From contig CAVZQC010000001.1 in assembly GCA_963777315.1 (NCBI GenBank), positions 256,001 to 320,000 on the forward strand: a DNA stretch of 64,000 nucleotides, read 5' to 3'. The position numbers and the translations under genes are program-made. How positions within the stretch are numbered: position 1 is the stretch's first letter; each line of letters opens with the position of its first letter. Source of the stretch: Vulcanimicrobiota bacterium. GTDB taxonomy: Bacteria; Vulcanimicrobiota; Vulcanimicrobiia; Vulcanimicrobiales; Vulcanimicrobiaceae. Positions 9,152-18,300 of this stretch are shown piece by piece. The notes beneath the pieces were generated by a model. The model ran no database searches. It worked only from the letters and a program-made list of their open reading frames with translations, and was not told the DNA's origin.

Positions 9152-10459
9152 ATGGATTATCGCGCGCGGCGTGCCGCATTTGCTCGAGGCTTGCAGGACG
9201 GCGTAGCCGTCATTCCCGCCGCGCGCCGGCGGTACCGCAACGCCGACACGGACTACGAGTTTCGCCAAGACTCCGACTTCCAATACTTGACGGGCTTCGA
9301 CGAGCCTGATGCCGTGCTCGTTATCGCACCGCACTACGAGCGCGAACGCGAAATACTGTTTCTTCATCCCCGCGACCGCGACCAAGAGATTTGGACGGGC
9401 CGGCGCTTGGGCGTGCAGGCGGCGCCCGAGCGACTGGGCATCGACGCGGCGTATTCCCTCGACGAACTCGATGCACGTTTACCGCAGTATTTGTGCGGCG
9501 CGCGTCAGCTGTATTACGCGCTCGGACGTCACGATCGATCCGATGCGCGCATTCAGACGGCCCTTGAATCGGCCCGCACGCTGACACGCCGGGCCGGCCG
9601 CGCGCCGGAATCCATCGTCGATCCCGCGACCATTCTGCACGAACAGCGCCTGCGCAAAGACGAGCGCGAGATCGCGATCTTGCGGCAAGCTGCGGCTACG
9701 ACGGCGCTGGGATTTTCGGCCGGCATGGCGGCCACGCGAGCCGGTATGTACGAATACCAACTGGAGGCGGCGATCGAAGCGGAATACTTTCGCAACGGTG
9801 CGCAATCGGTCGCGTACCCATCCATTGTAGCCTCGGGCGTAAACTCGACGATCCTGCACTACACTGCCAACCGTAAGCGACTGGCGGACGGCGAGCTCGT
9901 ACTGGTCGATAGCGGCTGTGAGAGCGATTCATACGCGTCCGACGTGACGCGAACGTGGCCGGTGAACGGCAAGTTTTCACCGGAGCAGCGCGCCGTGTAC
10001 GAGGTGGTGCTGACCGCGCAGCTAGCCGGCATTTCGCGCGTCGTGCCGGGAGCGGGGTGCCGCGAATTTCACGACGCCTGCGTGCGCGCAATCACCGAAG
10101 GACTCATCGACCTCGGGCTGCTCGGCGGCTCGCTCGAGGAAAATCTGGAAAAGCGCCGGTACACGGATTACTTTATGCACGGGAGCGGGCACTGGCTGGG
10201 CCTGGACGTGCACGATGCGGGACGCTACCGCGACGAAACCGACGCGTATCGCGCGCTGGAGCCCGGAATGGTGACCACGGTCGAACCAGGCATCTACGTT
10301 CAGCAGGATCTGAACTGCGACGAACGCTTCAAAGGCATCGGCGTGCGGATAGAGGACGACGTGCTCGTTACCTGCGACGGCAACGAAAACCTCACGGCCG
10401 CGATTCCGAAAACGGTCGCGCAGCTCGAAGCGCTGATTGGACAGCGCATGGTCGCCTAA
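9152..10459 (+). CDS. pepP: Xaa-Pro aminopeptidase
   Basis: 'FRQDSDFQYLTG', 'SDVTRTWP', 'HWLGLDVHD', 'TVEPGIY', 'GVRIEDD'. Confidence 0.93.
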   Translation: MDYRARRAAFARGLQDGVAVIPAARRRYRNADTDYEFRQDSDFQYLTGFDEPDAVLVIAPHYEREREILFLHPRDRDQEIWTGRRLGVQAAPERLGIDAAYSLDELDARLPQYLCGARQLYYALGRHDRSDARIQTALESARTLTRRAGRAPESIVDPATILHEQRLRKDEREIAILRQAAATTALGFSAGMAATRAGMYEYQLEAAIEAEYFRNGAQSVAYPSIVASGVNSTILHYTANRKRLADGELVLVDSGCESDSYASDVTRTWPVNGKFSPEQRAVYEVVLTAQLAGISRVVPGAGCREFHDACVRAITEGLIDLGLLGGSLEENLEKRRYTDYFMHGSGHWLGLDVHDAGRYRDETDAYRALEPGMVTTVEPGIYVQQDLNCDERFKGIGVRIEDDVLVTCDGNENLTAAIPKTVAQLEALIGQRMVA

Positions 10460-10977
10460 TCGAAAACCCCACGCCGCAGCTCATCAGCGCAAGGCTGATT
10501 CTCGAACCGGTTCGCCCGGCGCATGCGATGGAAGCGTGGCCGCATCTGGACGACGACCGCATGTGGCAATACTTCGAGCACCTACGGCCCGCAACGTTGG
10601 ACGAGCTGCGACGCCGTTATGAGAAGTGGCAGGCAGGCCGCCCGGAATCCGGCGAGGTTTGGCTGAACTGGTTGTGTCGTCTGCGCGCGAGCGCTGCGCC
10701 GGCCGGCGCGATGCAGGCGACCATTCTTGTCGAACGACGGCTGGCGTATATCGCTTACGCTTTTTACCCCGAACACCGCCGGAAAGGGTATGCCCGCGAA
10801 GCCTGCCTCGTCGTCCTGGCGCATCTTCGCAATGCCTATGCGATAGACCGCGTTTTGGCCGAGATGGACTCGCGCAACGTGGCCTCGTATCGACTTGCCG
10901 AATCGCTGGGATTCACACGGGCGGCAACGCGCGAACACGAGTACGTCTACGAGTTACCGCTGCGGCGTCAAGGCTAA
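10459..10977 (+). CDS. GNAT N-acetyltransferase (RimJ/RimL-like); start uncertain
   Basis: 'ISARLILEP', 'HRRKGYAREA', 'NVASYRLAESLGF'; no ATG/GTG/TTG upstream of the conserved N-terminus. Confidence 0.75.
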   Translation: MENPTPQLISARLILEPVRPAHAMEAWPHLDDDRMWQYFEHLRPATLDELRRRYEKWQAGRPESGEVWLNWLCRLRASAAPAGAMQATILVERRLAYIAYAFYPEHRRKGYAREACLVVLAHLRNAYAIDRVLAEMDSRNVASYRLAESLGFTRAATREHEYVYELPLRRQG

Positions 10978-11912
10978 GCGATGGCCTCTTCGATGGGAAA
11001 CTCGAGCGCTTCGAGATATTTTTCGGCGTCCATTGCAGCGCGGCAGCCGAGGCCTGCCGCCGTCACCGCTTGTTTGTAGCGCTTATCGTAAACGTCACCT
11101 GCGACGAATACGCCTTCAACGCTGGTCGTAACGCCGTCCGGCGATCGGATGTAGCCGGTTTTATCGAGCTCGAGTTGGCCGCGAAAGATTTCGGTATTCG
11201 GATCGTGTCCGATGGCGACGAACAGGGCCTGCGCCGGCAGCTCGAAACGGCGCCCTTCGACGACGTCGTACAGACGCAGGCATTCCAGCGAGTGGTGACC
11301 GACCGCTTCTTCCACGATCGTGTTCCAGACGAACTCGATTTTGTCGTGCGCCATGGCGCGGTCGGCCATGATTTTGCTCGCGCGCAAATGATCGCGCCGG
11401 TGAATCACGCTGACTTTGCTTGCGAAGCGCGTCAGGAAGAGCGCTTCTTCCATCGCCGAATCGCCGCCACCCACGACCGCAATGTGCTTACCGGCAAAAA
11501 ACGCGCCGTCACACGTCGCGCACGTCGAAACACCGCGCCCGCGTAAATGTTCTTCACCGGGTACTCCCAGCCAGCGCGCGGTCGCACCGGTTGCGACGAT
11601 TGCGGTCTTGGCTTCATGCTGCGCGTCGAAAGTCGAAATGACGAGCGGGCGCTTGTGAAAGTCCACCGCGGCCACGTCGACGTTTTCGATGCGAGCGCCG
11701 AAACGCTCGGCTTGTTCGCGAAACTTGATCATTAGGTCGGGGCCCATGATCCCCTCGGGGAACCCGGGGAAGTTTTCGACCTCGGTCGTAAGCATGAGTT
11801 GGCCGCCGTACATCCCCCCTGCAAGCACGAGCGGAGACAGGTTCGCGCGAGCGGCGTAGATGGCCGCGGTGAGTCCGGCAGGGCCGGAACCGATGATAAC
11901 GAGGCGTTCCAT
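10974..11912 (-). CDS. trxB: Thioredoxin-disulfide reductase
   Basis: 'IIGSGPAG', 'CATCDG', 'GGGDSAMEEA', 'QAVTAAGLG'. Confidence 0.95.
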   Translation of the reverse strand: MERLVIIGSGPAGLTAAIYAARANLSPLVLAGGMYGGQLMLTTEVENFPGFPEGIMGPDLMIKFREQAERFGARIENVDVAAVDFHKRPLVISTFDAQHEAKTAIVATGATARWLGVPGEEHLRGRGVSTCATCDGAFFAGKHIAVVGGGDSAMEEALFLTRFASKVSVIHRRDHLRASKIMADRAMAHDKIEFVWNTIVEEAVGHHSLECLRLYDVVEGRRFELPAQALFVAIGHDPNTEIFRGQLELDKTGYIRSPDGVTTSVEGVFVAGDVYDKRYKQAVTAAGLGCRAAMDAEKYLEALEFPIEEAIA

Positions 11913-11965
11913 ACCAGGCCATTTCGACCGGTCCGGGGACGCTTCCGGTTGCACGAGGACACGCT

Positions 11966-12784
11966 ATGGCGCTTGAAGACGAATTCTGCGACGTCCTGAC
12001 CAAAGCGATGCGGGGCTCGGGCACGAGCGTTGCCGCTCTGGCACGCAGCATCGGAATGCCGGCCGACGCAATTGGGGCATGGGCGTCGGGTCGCAGCGTG
12101 CCGGACGAAAACGGCGCTCGAGCCGCAGCCCGCGCCGTTGGCTTAGACCCCGGCAAACTCGCCGATGCGGCCGCACAGCGCTGGCACCCCGAGGACGTTT
12201 CACTGACCGGCGTTCGGCGTCACGCCCAGCATCCGCATCCCAGCAACGGATACGTCTTCTTTTTGGACGGCGGCAAACGCGCTGCGCTGGTCGATCCCGC
12301 GGGCGTTGCCGCCAATCTGATGCGCATGCTGCGCGACGGCCGGTACCATTTGGAATACATTCTCATCACGCACAAGCACGCCGATCACTGCGATGCGACC
12401 GCCGACGTCGCCGCAAATTTCCCCGCTGCCAAAATCGTCATGCACTCGGCAGACGCACACGCGATCGGATCGCTGGCCGACAAGGCGCTGCGCGTGAAGG
12501 ACGGCGAAGAGCTGCCCTTCGGCGACATACGCATTCGCATGCTCCACACGCCGGGCCACACGGACGGCTCGACGTCGTACCTGTTCAAATCCACGCTGTT
12601 CACCGGCGATACGCTATTTGCCGGCAGCGTCGGGGGCGCGTACGGCGACGCGAGCACCTACAGCGATATCCTCAACAGCGTTCGCTCCAAGATTTTCTCA
12701 CTGCCCGACGACACGGTGCTCATGCCGGGTCACGGTCCTGCGAGCAAGGTCGAGTGGGAGAAATCCCACAACCCGTTTTTTTAG
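11966..12784 (+). CDS. MBL-fold metallo-hydrolase with an N-terminal HTH-like segment
   Basis: 'THKHADH', 'TPGHT', 'FTGDTLF', 'PGHG'; N-terminal 'SVAALARSIGMPADAIGAWASG'. Confidence 0.85.
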   Translation: MALEDEFCDVLTKAMRGSGTSVAALARSIGMPADAIGAWASGRSVPDENGARAAARAVGLDPGKLADAAAQRWHPEDVSLTGVRRHAQHPHPSNGYVFFLDGGKRAALVDPAGVAANLMRMLRDGRYHLEYILITHKHADHCDATADVAANFPAAKIVMHSADAHAIGSLADKALRVKDGEELPFGDIRIRMLHTPGHTDGSTSYLFKSTLFTGDTLFAGSVGGAYGDASTYSDILNSVRSKIFSLPDDTVLMPGHGPASKVEWEKSHNPFF

Positions 12785-12821
12785 CCCCCGTTTACCGCAA
12801 CATGGGAATGCTTTATACGAT

Positions 12822-13616
12822 ATGCTTGCTTCAGTGATACTTTCCGCCGCGCTTGCGGCGACCGTCCCCGTTCCGGCGGGGATTTCCATACCGGCGACCA
12901 TGGTGTCGTCGGTGTCGTCCAAGACCGCCAAAGTGGGCGACACGTTTACGTTCCGTACCACCAAAAACGTGCGCGCGGGTGCGCTATTCGTGCCTGCGAA
13001 CACTCCGGGCGAAGGCGTCGTTTCCGCGGTGTCCCACGCGGCCGGCACGCGTCGCGGAACGCTCACGCTGACGCCGCAGCGCATTACGCTGGCGTCCGGA
13101 CAGATTTTGACCGTTGCTGCAGCCGGCGGCGGAGCATATGCCGCGCGCCGTCATGTGTTTGCGCTTCCCATTCCTTTGCCCGGAGTACTGCTCATCGGCG
13201 GAGTCGAGAATCCGGGACGAGACGTTACCATTGGACCCGGAACGGATTTTACCGTGGTGACGACGGCCGCGCGCAACGGACGCGCGCCGTCGGCGCGAAC
13301 CGTGAGACAAGCGCGCGCGGGCGCCGCGCCGTCTATTCGAACGGCCTGCAGTTCGATCGCGCCGGCTCCACGGCCGTCGAGCACGATCGTGAAGCGAAAC
13401 GGCGAACAAAAGCGGCGCGTGCAGAATGATGCAATCCAGCCGCTCCGGTCCAGGCTTGCACTCAAACGAACCGCTGCGCGCGGGGCACCGTGCACGACGA
13501 GCCGGTACAATGCGGAATTCGGTGCGGACGGCTGCAACGGCGCTGAATTCCACGGCGCAAGCAGCAGGGTGACGAGCGCAAGGGCGATCACGCCGGTCAA
13601 CGATAGAATTCCTTGA
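12822..13616 (+). CDS. Secreted beta-rich hypothetical protein; true 3' end probably near 13270
   Basis: Signal peptide, 'VSSKTAKVGDTFTF', 'DVTIGPGTDFTV'; the tail reads antisense through the neighbouring gene. Confidence 0.55.
   Translation: MLASVILSAALAATVPVPAGISIPATMVSSVSSKTAKVGDTFTFRTTKNVRAGALFVPANTPGEGVVSAVSHAAGTRRGTLTLTPQRITLASGQILTVAAAGGGAYAARRHVFALPIPLPGVLLIGGVENPGRDVTIGPGTDFTVVTTAARNGRAPSARTVRQARAGAAPSIRTACSSIAPAPRPSSTIVKRNGEQKRRVQNDAIQPLRSRLALKRTAARGAPCTTSRYNAEFGADGCNGAEFHGASSRVTSARAITPVNDRIP
13151..13600 (-). CDS. Secreted hypothetical protein
   Basis: TTG start preceded by AAGGA; hydrophobic N-terminus; 'WIASFCTRRFCSPF'. Confidence 0.5.
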   Translation of the reverse strand: MTGVIALALVTLLLAPWNSAPLQPSAPNSALYRLVVHGAPRAAVRLSASLDRSGWIASFCTRRFCSPFRFTIVLDGRGAGAIELQAVRIDGAAPARACLTVRADGARPLRAAVVTTVKSVPGPMVTSRPGFSTPPMSSTPGKGMGSANT

Positions 13617-13813
13617 GTTGCGGGTTCGCAATCACCGTCGCTCCAGGTTCAGAGAGAGCTGGCCTCCTGTTCATCCTAGGCCGTTACGAGCGCCAAGTTT
13701 CGCCGTTCCCGCCGCTGCCGCGTTCGAGCCTCTGCCAATAGCCTTACGGAGCATACGGTTGACAGAACTGAAGCATCTCGCTAAATTTCGGAGTTGCACC
13801 TTCGCACAGTTGA

Positions 13814-13872
13814 AGAGTGCTGGCGCCGGATATTCGAGCTGCGGGTAGCCCATTCTTAAGTGGTAAGTCCGC
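13814..13872. repeat. IS terminal inverted repeat (downstream end of transposase)
   Basis: CGGGTAGCC..CTTAAGTGGTAAGTCCGC matches the reverse complement of 14764-14809 imperfectly. Confidence 0.65.
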
Positions 13873-13875
13873 AAG

Positions 13876-14725
13876 TTAGGCGGTCAACGCGGCGGCCCGT
13901 AAAGTGAAGTATGCCGCGTCCGGCGTGCGACCGTCAAGCGCCGAGTGCGGCCGGATGCCGTTGTAGAACTCGACGTATCTTCCGATTCCGCCTTGGCGAT
14001 CGCTTCCTGCACGGCCTCGATACAGAAATCGGTCGTGAGCGTATTGGAGAGGCGCCACGCGAGAATGCGTCGCGTTGCACAGTCGATAATCGCGAACAGA
14101 TACAAGAAGCCGCGCTGCATCGGGATGTAGCAAATATCCGCAGCCCAGACCTGGTCCGGCCGATCGATGGTCAGGCCACGCCAGAGATAGGGAAACACCG
14201 GATGGTCAGGATTACGCCTGGCCGTACGCTTCTTGCGATAGAGCGCTTCGATGCCCATCAGTCGCATGAGCTGCGCCACACGCCGGCGGCCGATGCAAAA
14301 ACCGAGCGCCTTGAGGCGATCGCGCAGCATCGGCGTACCCATGAATGGGTAGTCCGTGTGCAAATGGTCACTCGGCGCATCAACTCCAAGTCGGCTGCTG
14401 AAATTTCTGCCGGCACGTTGTATAGCGAACTGCGCGAAAGTTGCAAGAGATCGGCTTGGCGCTTTTTCTAAAAAATCGTTTTTCAGCGTGAGCTGGCCGA
14501 TCTTCGCATGTAATTTCTCGACGTCGACTTCCTCGGTCTTACGCTGCTTCCGTCGAACGCCGACACGGCGTTCTCCAGCAGCTGCGTTTTCCAGTTCGTG
14601 ATCTGATTGGGGTGCACGTCAAACTTTTTGGCCAACTCTGCTATCGTGAGTCCACCGCGAATCGCGAGCAGCGCTACCTTCGCTTTGAATGCCGGTGGGT
14701 GGTTCCGGCGAGAACGTCGTGCCAA
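13876..14725 (-). pseudogene. IS3 transposase orfA/orfB with frameshifts and an internal deletion of the catalytic core
   Basis: After 'EAVQEAIA' (~13995) the sequence jumps to the C-terminal 'GIGRYVEFYN'; the 'TDQGSQ' and 'ERLWRS'-type segments are absent. Confidence 0.82.
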
Positions 14726-14763
14726 GATCTGCTCCTTCTGAAGGCTCGTTCGCCTTGCGTGGA

Positions 14764-14809
14764 GCGGAGTCACCACTTAAGCCGCTTCCGGCTACCCGGG
14801 GCCACCTCT
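14764..14809. repeat. IS terminal inverted repeat (upstream end of transposase)
   Basis: Minus strand reads AGAGGTGGCCCCGGGTAGCC..CTTAAGTGGTGACTCCGC. Confidence 0.65.
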
Positions 14810-15076
14810 GCCCTCACGCACAGCGATCGATTCGCAGATCAGAACGCGTGCTAGCGGGAATTGAAGTGCCCCCACCCTGCGGTAACAAATTTCCCCCTTT
14901 TTCAACAGTGAGAGCCGAACTTTGGGCCATCCCTTGTTCGTTCCCCGCAGCCCAGCGTTTTCGGTATCCGTAATAGCTGGTCAAGCAGCACGTCACTCGG
15001 CGGCGTAAAAAGCACCCAAGGGCATACTAGCGGCTGGCCTTCCCGTCGGCGCACGCCAGGCGAGCGCGTGGTGTAT

Positions 15077-15535
15077 TCACTCTACCTCGTGATCGTCGTC
15101 CTCCAATGATTCGCTGGAGATCGCGGAGTGTTCTCGGGCGACGCTTTGGCCGCCCTCGTCTCGACAGTATGTGATGATCCATTTTTGTGATGCAACAACA
15201 ACGCGCTTCGCCGATGAGCAGACTGCATCCCAGTCGACAGATTCAATTACTTGGCTCTCCTTAGACGTTGATGGGTCCCAGCGATCTGCGACGGTGGTTA
15301 CAATTTTTAGAAAAGCTCGGAGAGAGGCGAGCTGCGCTGCAGAGAGACCATAGGAGCCTTCGCGTTGAGCGCAAAAGTACTCGATGCGATAGTCATAGAG
15401 CGACTCAAATGCCTCCCAGTACGAAGATGCTTCGGGACCCTGACCTTCAACCCACACGCGTTTCTGATAATGACGATCCGAAAACTCTCCAATGAGCTGA
15501 ATTAAGCCGCAAAGAGCATTGTAATCACCTATCAT
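15077..15535 (-). CDS. Putative immunity protein for the RHS C-terminal toxin
   Basis: Small, low-GC ORF directly downstream of the RHS CT; AAGGA RBS; 'FSDRHYQKRVWVEG...WDAVCSSAKRVV' pattern seen in toxin-linked immunity proteins. Confidence 0.65.
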   Translation of the reverse strand: MIGDYNALCGLIQLIGEFSDRHYQKRVWVEGQGPEASSYWEAFESLYDYRIEYFCAQREGSYGLSAAQLASLRAFLKIVTTVADRWDPSTSKESQVIESVDWDAVCSSAKRVVVASQKWIITYCRDEGGQSVAREHSAISSESLEDDDHEVE

Positions 15536-15568
15536 TCGATCCTTTTTCCGATTCCGCCGCAAGCAGCC

Positions 15569-17436
15569 TTAATTTGGCGTGGTGCTGCTGGGATGTTTGG
15601 ATTTCTGGCCGCTCTTCGGCTTTGGCATGAACTTGTAACGATCGGCTGGAATGTGGGACTCAGAAGATTTTCTGGAAACATATTTCCCGTCTTCGTCTAG
15701 GTTTCTACCATTCCACTGCTGGGTGTAATAGGGTTCTCGTTGCGATTGATTGGGGCTGTTTGGATTCCCCGGCATGTAACGCACGTTGTTGTTGGGGTTC
15801 CCTGGTTCACTCCATCGCCACCGTTGCCTTTTGCTGAAGTCTCCTCCGTCCAGCCAGCCGGCATCCCCGCGGGGCGGTGCATGGAATCGTCGTCCAGCGG
15901 CATTGGGGTTAGCAGCGTCCGCAACAGAAGCTCAAGCCGGCCACACCAAGGGCAATAGCCACTCGGGTCTTGATAAGAAAGCGGATTGTTCCGATTCCAC
16001 ATGTACGGCTTTTGCGACATCGGATCGTGCACGTCGCCGGCGTACGCGTCAGGCGCGGTCCACTGCGCGGAATTGGGATCGTAGGCGCGCACGCCCTGAA
16101 AGACGTTCAGGCCGTCCGAGTAGCCGTCGGTACGCACCGCCGTGAGCGCCGGCATATAGGACTGATAGCCTGGGCTGCCGCCGTTGGGATTGTATTTCTG
16201 ACATAACTTCGTTTCGCAGGAGCGCTGCGAGGGGTCATCGTTGCGTGCACTCAGGCCCGTCGTATTGTGCGACTGCACGGCCGTATCGCTGTAGTCACGG
16301 TCGAAGACGGTCAGCTTCCCGGTCGTATCCGTCGTGCCGAGTTTCTCGATGTAATAGCTCAGGCTGCTGCCGTCGTACTGATACAGCAGGGCGTTCCCGT
16401 CCCAGCCGTAGGTCAGCGTCGTCGTGAATGTCCCGTTGTCGACGAGGGTATTGATTCTCTGAGCGAGCTGCCCATCCGCCGCCCAAACGTAGGCGTTGGT
16501 CTGCGCGTACTGATTCGTGGGCGGCGAATCCTCGGAGAACGTGGGATTGATCGAGACGTAGTTGACCGGCAGCGTCTGCTGGATCACGTGGTTCTCCGCA
16601 TCGTAGCTGCGTTGCGAGGTGGCCACGGTCGTGCCATAGGTGGATTGATCGCTGGATTCGCGGCCGGCGGTATCGTAGCCGTAAACGTGTCCCATATGCT
16701 CGGTGATTGGGTTGCCGTTTTCGGAGGCTTGAATGTCGTAGACCGTCGAGCCCAGCGCGCCCGAACGGGCATCGTACGTGCACGATCCGGTATTTGCGGG
16801 CAAGGTTTGGCACGTAGTGCCGTTGGCGTAGTAGCCGATGGTGTTAAACGGGCCGCCCAGTTCGCCGCGCGTGCTGTACGAATACGGTTGTTGGGGGAGC
16901 TGCAGCGGCGTAAAGTACAGCAGCTCACCTTCCGCGTCGTAATTGGTCTGACCCGATGGCGCGCTGTCCGCAGGAAGTTGTTCGGTAGCGATGCGGCCGG
17001 ACGCGTCGTACGTGAACGTCTTAGCAGCAAGCGTGATTGTGCGGGCTTATAGTTGGGCACGCTGGTGCCGGTGAGCGGATCGCTTTGCGTGAGCTCACGG
17101 CCGGCATTGGTGTACGTCCAGGCAAACGTGCCGCCCGAACCTGCGCTGGTCACCAGCGACGAGCGCAGGCCGTCGGCGCGGTAATTGTACGCCATGAGAT
17201 TGGGCTGCGAGACGCTCAGCGATGGAATAGTCAGCGACAAGTCCTTGCGCAGCCCGTCGGGATAGTACGCATAACTTATGGTGCGGCCCAGGCGTGGGTG
17301 AAGCATGAGCGGCACCATGCGCGCTCGCAACGCCCGCAAACGGCGGGGTCGCCGCTGCCATCGACGCAACAAGCAGCGCCGCGCCGGCAATGCGAAAACG
17401 CGGCGCAGTGAAACTGCCCACCAACCCGGCTCCCAT
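15569..17436 (-). pseudogene. RHS/YD-repeat polymorphic toxin, shortened and frameshifted (~17285, ~17045, ~15820)
   Basis: YD repeats ('YAYYPDG', 'YDASGR', 'YDAENH'); core 'GVRAYDP...WTAPDAYAG...NNPLSYQDPSG'; low-GC C-terminal domain; signal-like N-terminus. Confidence 0.85.
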
Positions 17437-17502
17437 ATTTTGAAAATCGACAGAAGGCTCGCAAACCTTAGTGTGCGCGGCATGATGCCGCAGCGGTGTC
17501 CA

Positions 17503-18300
17503 TTACGTGCGCAGCTTGTACCCCGTGTACGCCATGCGCAGCGCGATCGTCAGCGAAACGGCCATGAGCACTACGATAACCAGCACCGAAAGCCACAGCG
17601 GCAAATACCCCTGGCCCGTATAGCTGTATCGGAACGCGTCGATCGTGTAGAACATGGGATTCGCCAGTTCGACGTGGCGCAGAACCGGCGGCAGCAGCTG
17701 GGCCGAAGTGAAGACGCCGCCGACGAAGACCAGCGGCGTAATGGCAAAGGTCGTCAGCACGGCAAGATGGTCGAACTTCTCGGCAATCAAGCCGAAAATC
17801 AGGCCCAAGGCGGAAAACAAGACGGAAACGACGATCATCACGAAAAAATACAGCCACCACGTGCGCGGCAAGGTGTGCACGAAGAAAAAGCCCAGCGCCA
17901 TGATCATATTAGCGATCAGCATCGCGCGCGCCAAGCTGCCTAAAATGTAGCCGAAAACCATCTCGCCGGCCGACATGGGCGCGATGAGCATCTCTTGGAT
18001 CGAATTCATGAACCGGCCCTGAAAGACCGAACTGCTGCACTCACCGTACGAGGAATCGATGACCTGCAGCATGATGAGGCCCGGTATCAGGAACTCGGCA
18101 TACGAAACGCCTTGCACGCTCTTGATGCGGCTTCCCAGGGCAAGCCCGAAAATCGAAACGTACAGAATCGTCGTAATGATCGGCGGCCAAATGACCTGAT
18201 TGATGATCTTCAGGCTCCGGACCATCTCACGCTTGATCAGCGTGAGCAGCGCGATCCAATTCACGCCGGAAGGATTGGCGGCGCTTGCTCGAACCATCAT
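17503..18300 (-). CDS. ABC-2 transporter permease (YadH-like)
   Basis: 'YAEFLIPGLIM', 'TPLVFVGGVF', 'NPMFYTIDAFRY'. Confidence 0.88.
   Translation of the reverse strand: MMVRASAANPSGVNWIALLTLIKREMVRSLKIINQVIWPPIITTILYVSIFGLALGSRIKSVQGVSYAEFLIPGLIMLQVIDSSYGECSSSVFQGRFMNSIQEMLIAPMSAGEMVFGYILGSLARAMLIANMIMALGFFFVHTLPRTWWLYFFVMIVVSVLFSALGLIFGLIAEKFDHLAVLTTFAITPLVFVGGVFTSAQLLPPVLRHVELANPMFYTIDAFRYSYTGQGYLPLWLSVLVIVVLMAVSLTIALRMAYTGYKLRT

Larger units (their letters stand above)
13814..14809 (-). mobile_element. Decayed IS3-family insertion sequence
   Basis: OrfA 'RRNHPPAFKAKVAL...FDVHPNQITNWK'; OrfB 'RPDQVWAADICYIP...YNGIRPHSALDGRTP'; slippery GATTTTTTAG near 14470; imperfect terminal inverted repeats. 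Confidence 0.88.

Noticed and set aside
14810..15076. Possible ncRNA or small ORF between the IS and the immunity gene (also 13620-13813)
   Set aside because: No recognisable RNA family, convincing structure or protein motif; probably decayed island sequence.
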